From: Bugula neritina
Lineage: Eukaryota > Animalia > Bryozoa
NCBI GenBank assembly: GCA_964035545.1
Contig: OZ037767.1
Location: 25,436,628-25,500,627 of the forward strand
DNA length: 64,000 nt
Direction: 5' to 3'
Of this stretch, positions 32,878-64,000 are shown piece by piece (position 1 is the first letter of the stretch; each line of letters begins with the position of its first letter). The position numbers and the translations under genes were made by a program. Below the pieces are notes generated by a model. That model ran no database searches, was not told the DNA's origin, and saw nothing but the letters and a program-made list of their open reading frames with translations.

Positions 32878-33880
32878 CTAACTGCTTCATCGGTTATATT
32901 ATAATTAACAGCTGGTAACTCTTTATTACTATAGAGATCATACAACTTTTCTCTACATAAAATATACTGGATGCCAAGTTTGTAATGCAAGAAGTTTTTT
33001 TTTATAAATGTGCAATGGAATTTAAGTTTACTTCTATTATCTTCTGAATTTCATTTGTATTTCTTGTGGCATTTATCATATTTGTCTTTATCATATTTGT
33101 TGAGTATAAATGATCTGTTGTTGGCAGAAAGTTAGTCTAATGCCATTTTATAATAATAATTTATTATAATTGTGTTATTTGTACAGTAAAAAAGGTTTTA
33201 TTGCTACTATTTTTATAAGTTTTCGACATGTATTTTACCACTTTAGTAAAAGAATTATATTGAGTAACGGTTTTTTTCTTCCAAGTTCCAACAGCTAACT
33301 ATATATTTATATTTTAGTTCTATTGTACTGTTTTTATTTTAATTTTACGCTGTTGCCTATCACATTCAGTTTTAAACTCAAATATAACAAATTTAGATCA
33401 AATCAGAAAAATAAGTCAAGATTTATTGTAAAACATTCAAAATATTCATGGTATATATTGTATACATGTTCATTACTATTTTTCCTTCTATAGTAGTTTG
33501 ATTAGAAGTGCTTTTATACATAGAATTATCTTCACAATGAAGCTATCATAAACAAAATCATGTCAAAACAACAACAATAATTTTTCATTAAATCTAGATA
33601 AATTAGTTAAGACTCCAATGTATTCCAATAATATAAATTCAAAAAATATTGCTGTAATGTTGGCAGTACAATGATAAACTATTATTCAGTACGCTATGAT
33701 TACATAACATATGATTATATTCCCCTTTGAAATACATTGCACATCATTATTTCTAAACCAGCCTTTATTTAGCACCCTACTTTGATAAAAATTGGCCAAT
33801 TTGTGACTTGTATTGTTGTTTAAACGATATCAGGTTAACAAATGTGAAAATACAGACTATAATAATGAAGTGTGTATATT

Positions 33881-62189
<28,309 letters not shown>

Positions 62190-62860
62190 GGAGTCAGCAT
62201 CAGCTAGTAGATTTTACTAATCACTTCTAGTTTAGTCTCCAGGCTACCTGCATTAATTTGCATTTACATGAGTCAAGCCGCGTGTGAGTAATATCATCAT
62301 AACATACAAATGGTGGTCTTTCTCTAGCAGTCATAGAGCAAAGCAAGTGCATGCATTGAACATGACTACTAGGCAGAACATAACTAAGTAGCTATAGAAT
62401 AAATAATCAATGAGACCTCAATAGGCTGTGAGTACATACACACAACAATATGAGTGACAAAAGGGAAAAAGTTGCAATGAAATGTAATGTTGCAAAATAG
62501 GCCTATCATACATTGCCTGACTATTTCTGTACATTGTTGTTATGTAACAAGGCTGTCTCAATAATAATTCAAAACAGTAATTATACAAGCATCTAACCTG
62601 CATTTGTAGAGATTCTCAGGAGTATAGGCGGCTTATATTCTGAACATGTACTGAGCACTAACCAACAGCCAAACAAAGCATGTGCAGTGATGTCAGTCTC
62701 CTACACAGCATTGCTAGCAACATCATCATGCACCTTGGGGAATTACCAGTACAAAACCGCAATAGACTATATAAATTCATGCGAGTAATTAATTAACATC
62801 CTTGGTTTCCTGTCCAATGCTGAGTGCATGACTCAGCCTTCAGCAGCCCTAGCTCATCAG

Positions 62861-63275
62861 TAGTAGGGGTAACGGGGGCACAACGGTCATAGGGGTACAA
62901 AAAGCCGGCCAAATTTTGAGAGAACTAATTGACTTAGAGTTGTGATTTTTTTTTCATAAAAAGATATTGACATAATTATTCAGCCTCTGTAGTTTCAACA
63001 CTTGCGGAACATTCGTGTTGAAAAGGCGAGTAAAAAACTGTTTTTACCTACTTTTTGTAAATTTCTTAGGATGTCGTTGAAGCCTTATAACTTTTTACAC
63101 TCAAGTGCAAGAAACCTAAATTTTACTAATATTGTTGCCATTGCTTGTCTCTGCAATGCTTAACTAGTATAACAGCAAACACTGAAATAAATTTTCCTTG
63201 AGGCACATTTATTTTCGATTTGGCCACACGGGGCACAATGGGCCACGCTGACCGGGGCACAATGGGCCACCTGAT
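62861..63275. mobile_element. Probable DNA-transposon (MITE-like) end with subterminal direct repeats
   Basis: Starts taGGGGTAACGGGGGCACAACGG; cggggcacaatgggccac occurs at 63229-63246 and 63253-63270. No opposite terminal inverted repeat was found. Confidence 0.4.
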
Positions 63276-63505
63276 TATTGCACCCTGATCACTGTTATTA
63301 GTTTGTTTGCCCAAAAAGTTGGTTGAACTGTTACTAAAAATTATAAATATAGCCATTTCTGACCTTTTTGTAAAATATCAAAGACATCATGGTAAGACTA
63401 CAAAACTAAAAGTTGAAGCTCCCTTAATACATACATCTGGTAAGGTTAAAGCTTTGCCATTTTATACATAATACAAAACACTCTGCTGTTGCTACTAGTA
63501 GATAG

Positions 63506-64000
63506 TCATGATAATCTGTTGATGTTTTCTTGGCTGTTTGTCATCGTGGGAGCATAGACAGCTATCACAGTGCACCATCGCTCATCAGACAGAGGAACCC
63601 TGAGTGACATCAGTCTGTCGCTTATAGCCTTTGGCTCTTCGATTAGTCTCGAAACAAGTTCGTTCCTGATAGCAAGAGCCACGCCTGACTCACTGCGCTC
63701 AGATGCAGTTTTGCCACTCCAATAAATGGTGTAGCCTGACTCTTCACGAATGTTACCTGTATCTTTGAATCTGATTTCACTCAGTGCTGCAATGTCGATG
63801 CCATACTTCTGTAGTTCAGATGAAATGATTGCACTTCTTCTCTCAGGTCTTTCTTTGTTCTCCCGGTCTAGCAATGTTCGTATGTTCCATGATGCAAGGT
63901 TGAGTTTAGAATTTTGGACCTTTTTATCCTGGGCGACGTCCTGCCAGTATGATTTCGTGTTCATTTTTCTTTTCATGATTCAATCGGATTATGCTGACAA
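63506..64000 (-). mobile_element. RTE-like LINE, 5' part: N-terminal AP-endonuclease fragment, truncated at the 3' side
   Basis: ORF 63976-63506 contains LNLASWNIRTLLD, DIAALSEIR, YTIYWSG, SGVALAI, ISDRLMSLR and VIAVYAPT, typical of RTE/L2-type APE domains. It stops abruptly with no reverse transcriptase. Confidence 0.88.

Overview
AT-rich, intron-rich animal genomic DNA. It is probably an invertebrate; a lophotrochozoan origin is an inference only. Exons were assembled by hand from GT-AG junctions and phase matching, giving seven protein-coding genes. (A) 1841-6492(-): secreted protein with an Asn/Gly nonapeptide repeat, an acidic Ser/Thr region, a Lys-rich region and a C-terminal WAP domain; it has an apparent frameshift near 5510. 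(B) 12023-13202(-): tandem paralog with the same Asn/Gly repeat and a duplicated Tyr/Arg/His-rich tail. (C) 15185-26583(-): FIRRM/C1orf112, head-to-head with (D) 28462-32877(+), the pseudokinase STK40. (E) 33881-62189(-): a sacsin-like gene of about 30 exons with only one SRR plus DnaJ and HEPN domains. Two secreted, furin-site-containing genes are nested antisense in introns of E: (F) 44701-45593(+), an orphan proprotein, and (G) 48343-52148(+), a trunk/PTTH/noggin-like cystine-knot prohormone. The window also holds four copies of a tRNA-type SINE, the 5' part of an RTE-like LINE, a probable DNA-transposon end, long microsatellites and a recurring set of tandem repeats that duplicate splice sites. 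No database searches were run; family calls rest on recalled motifs.
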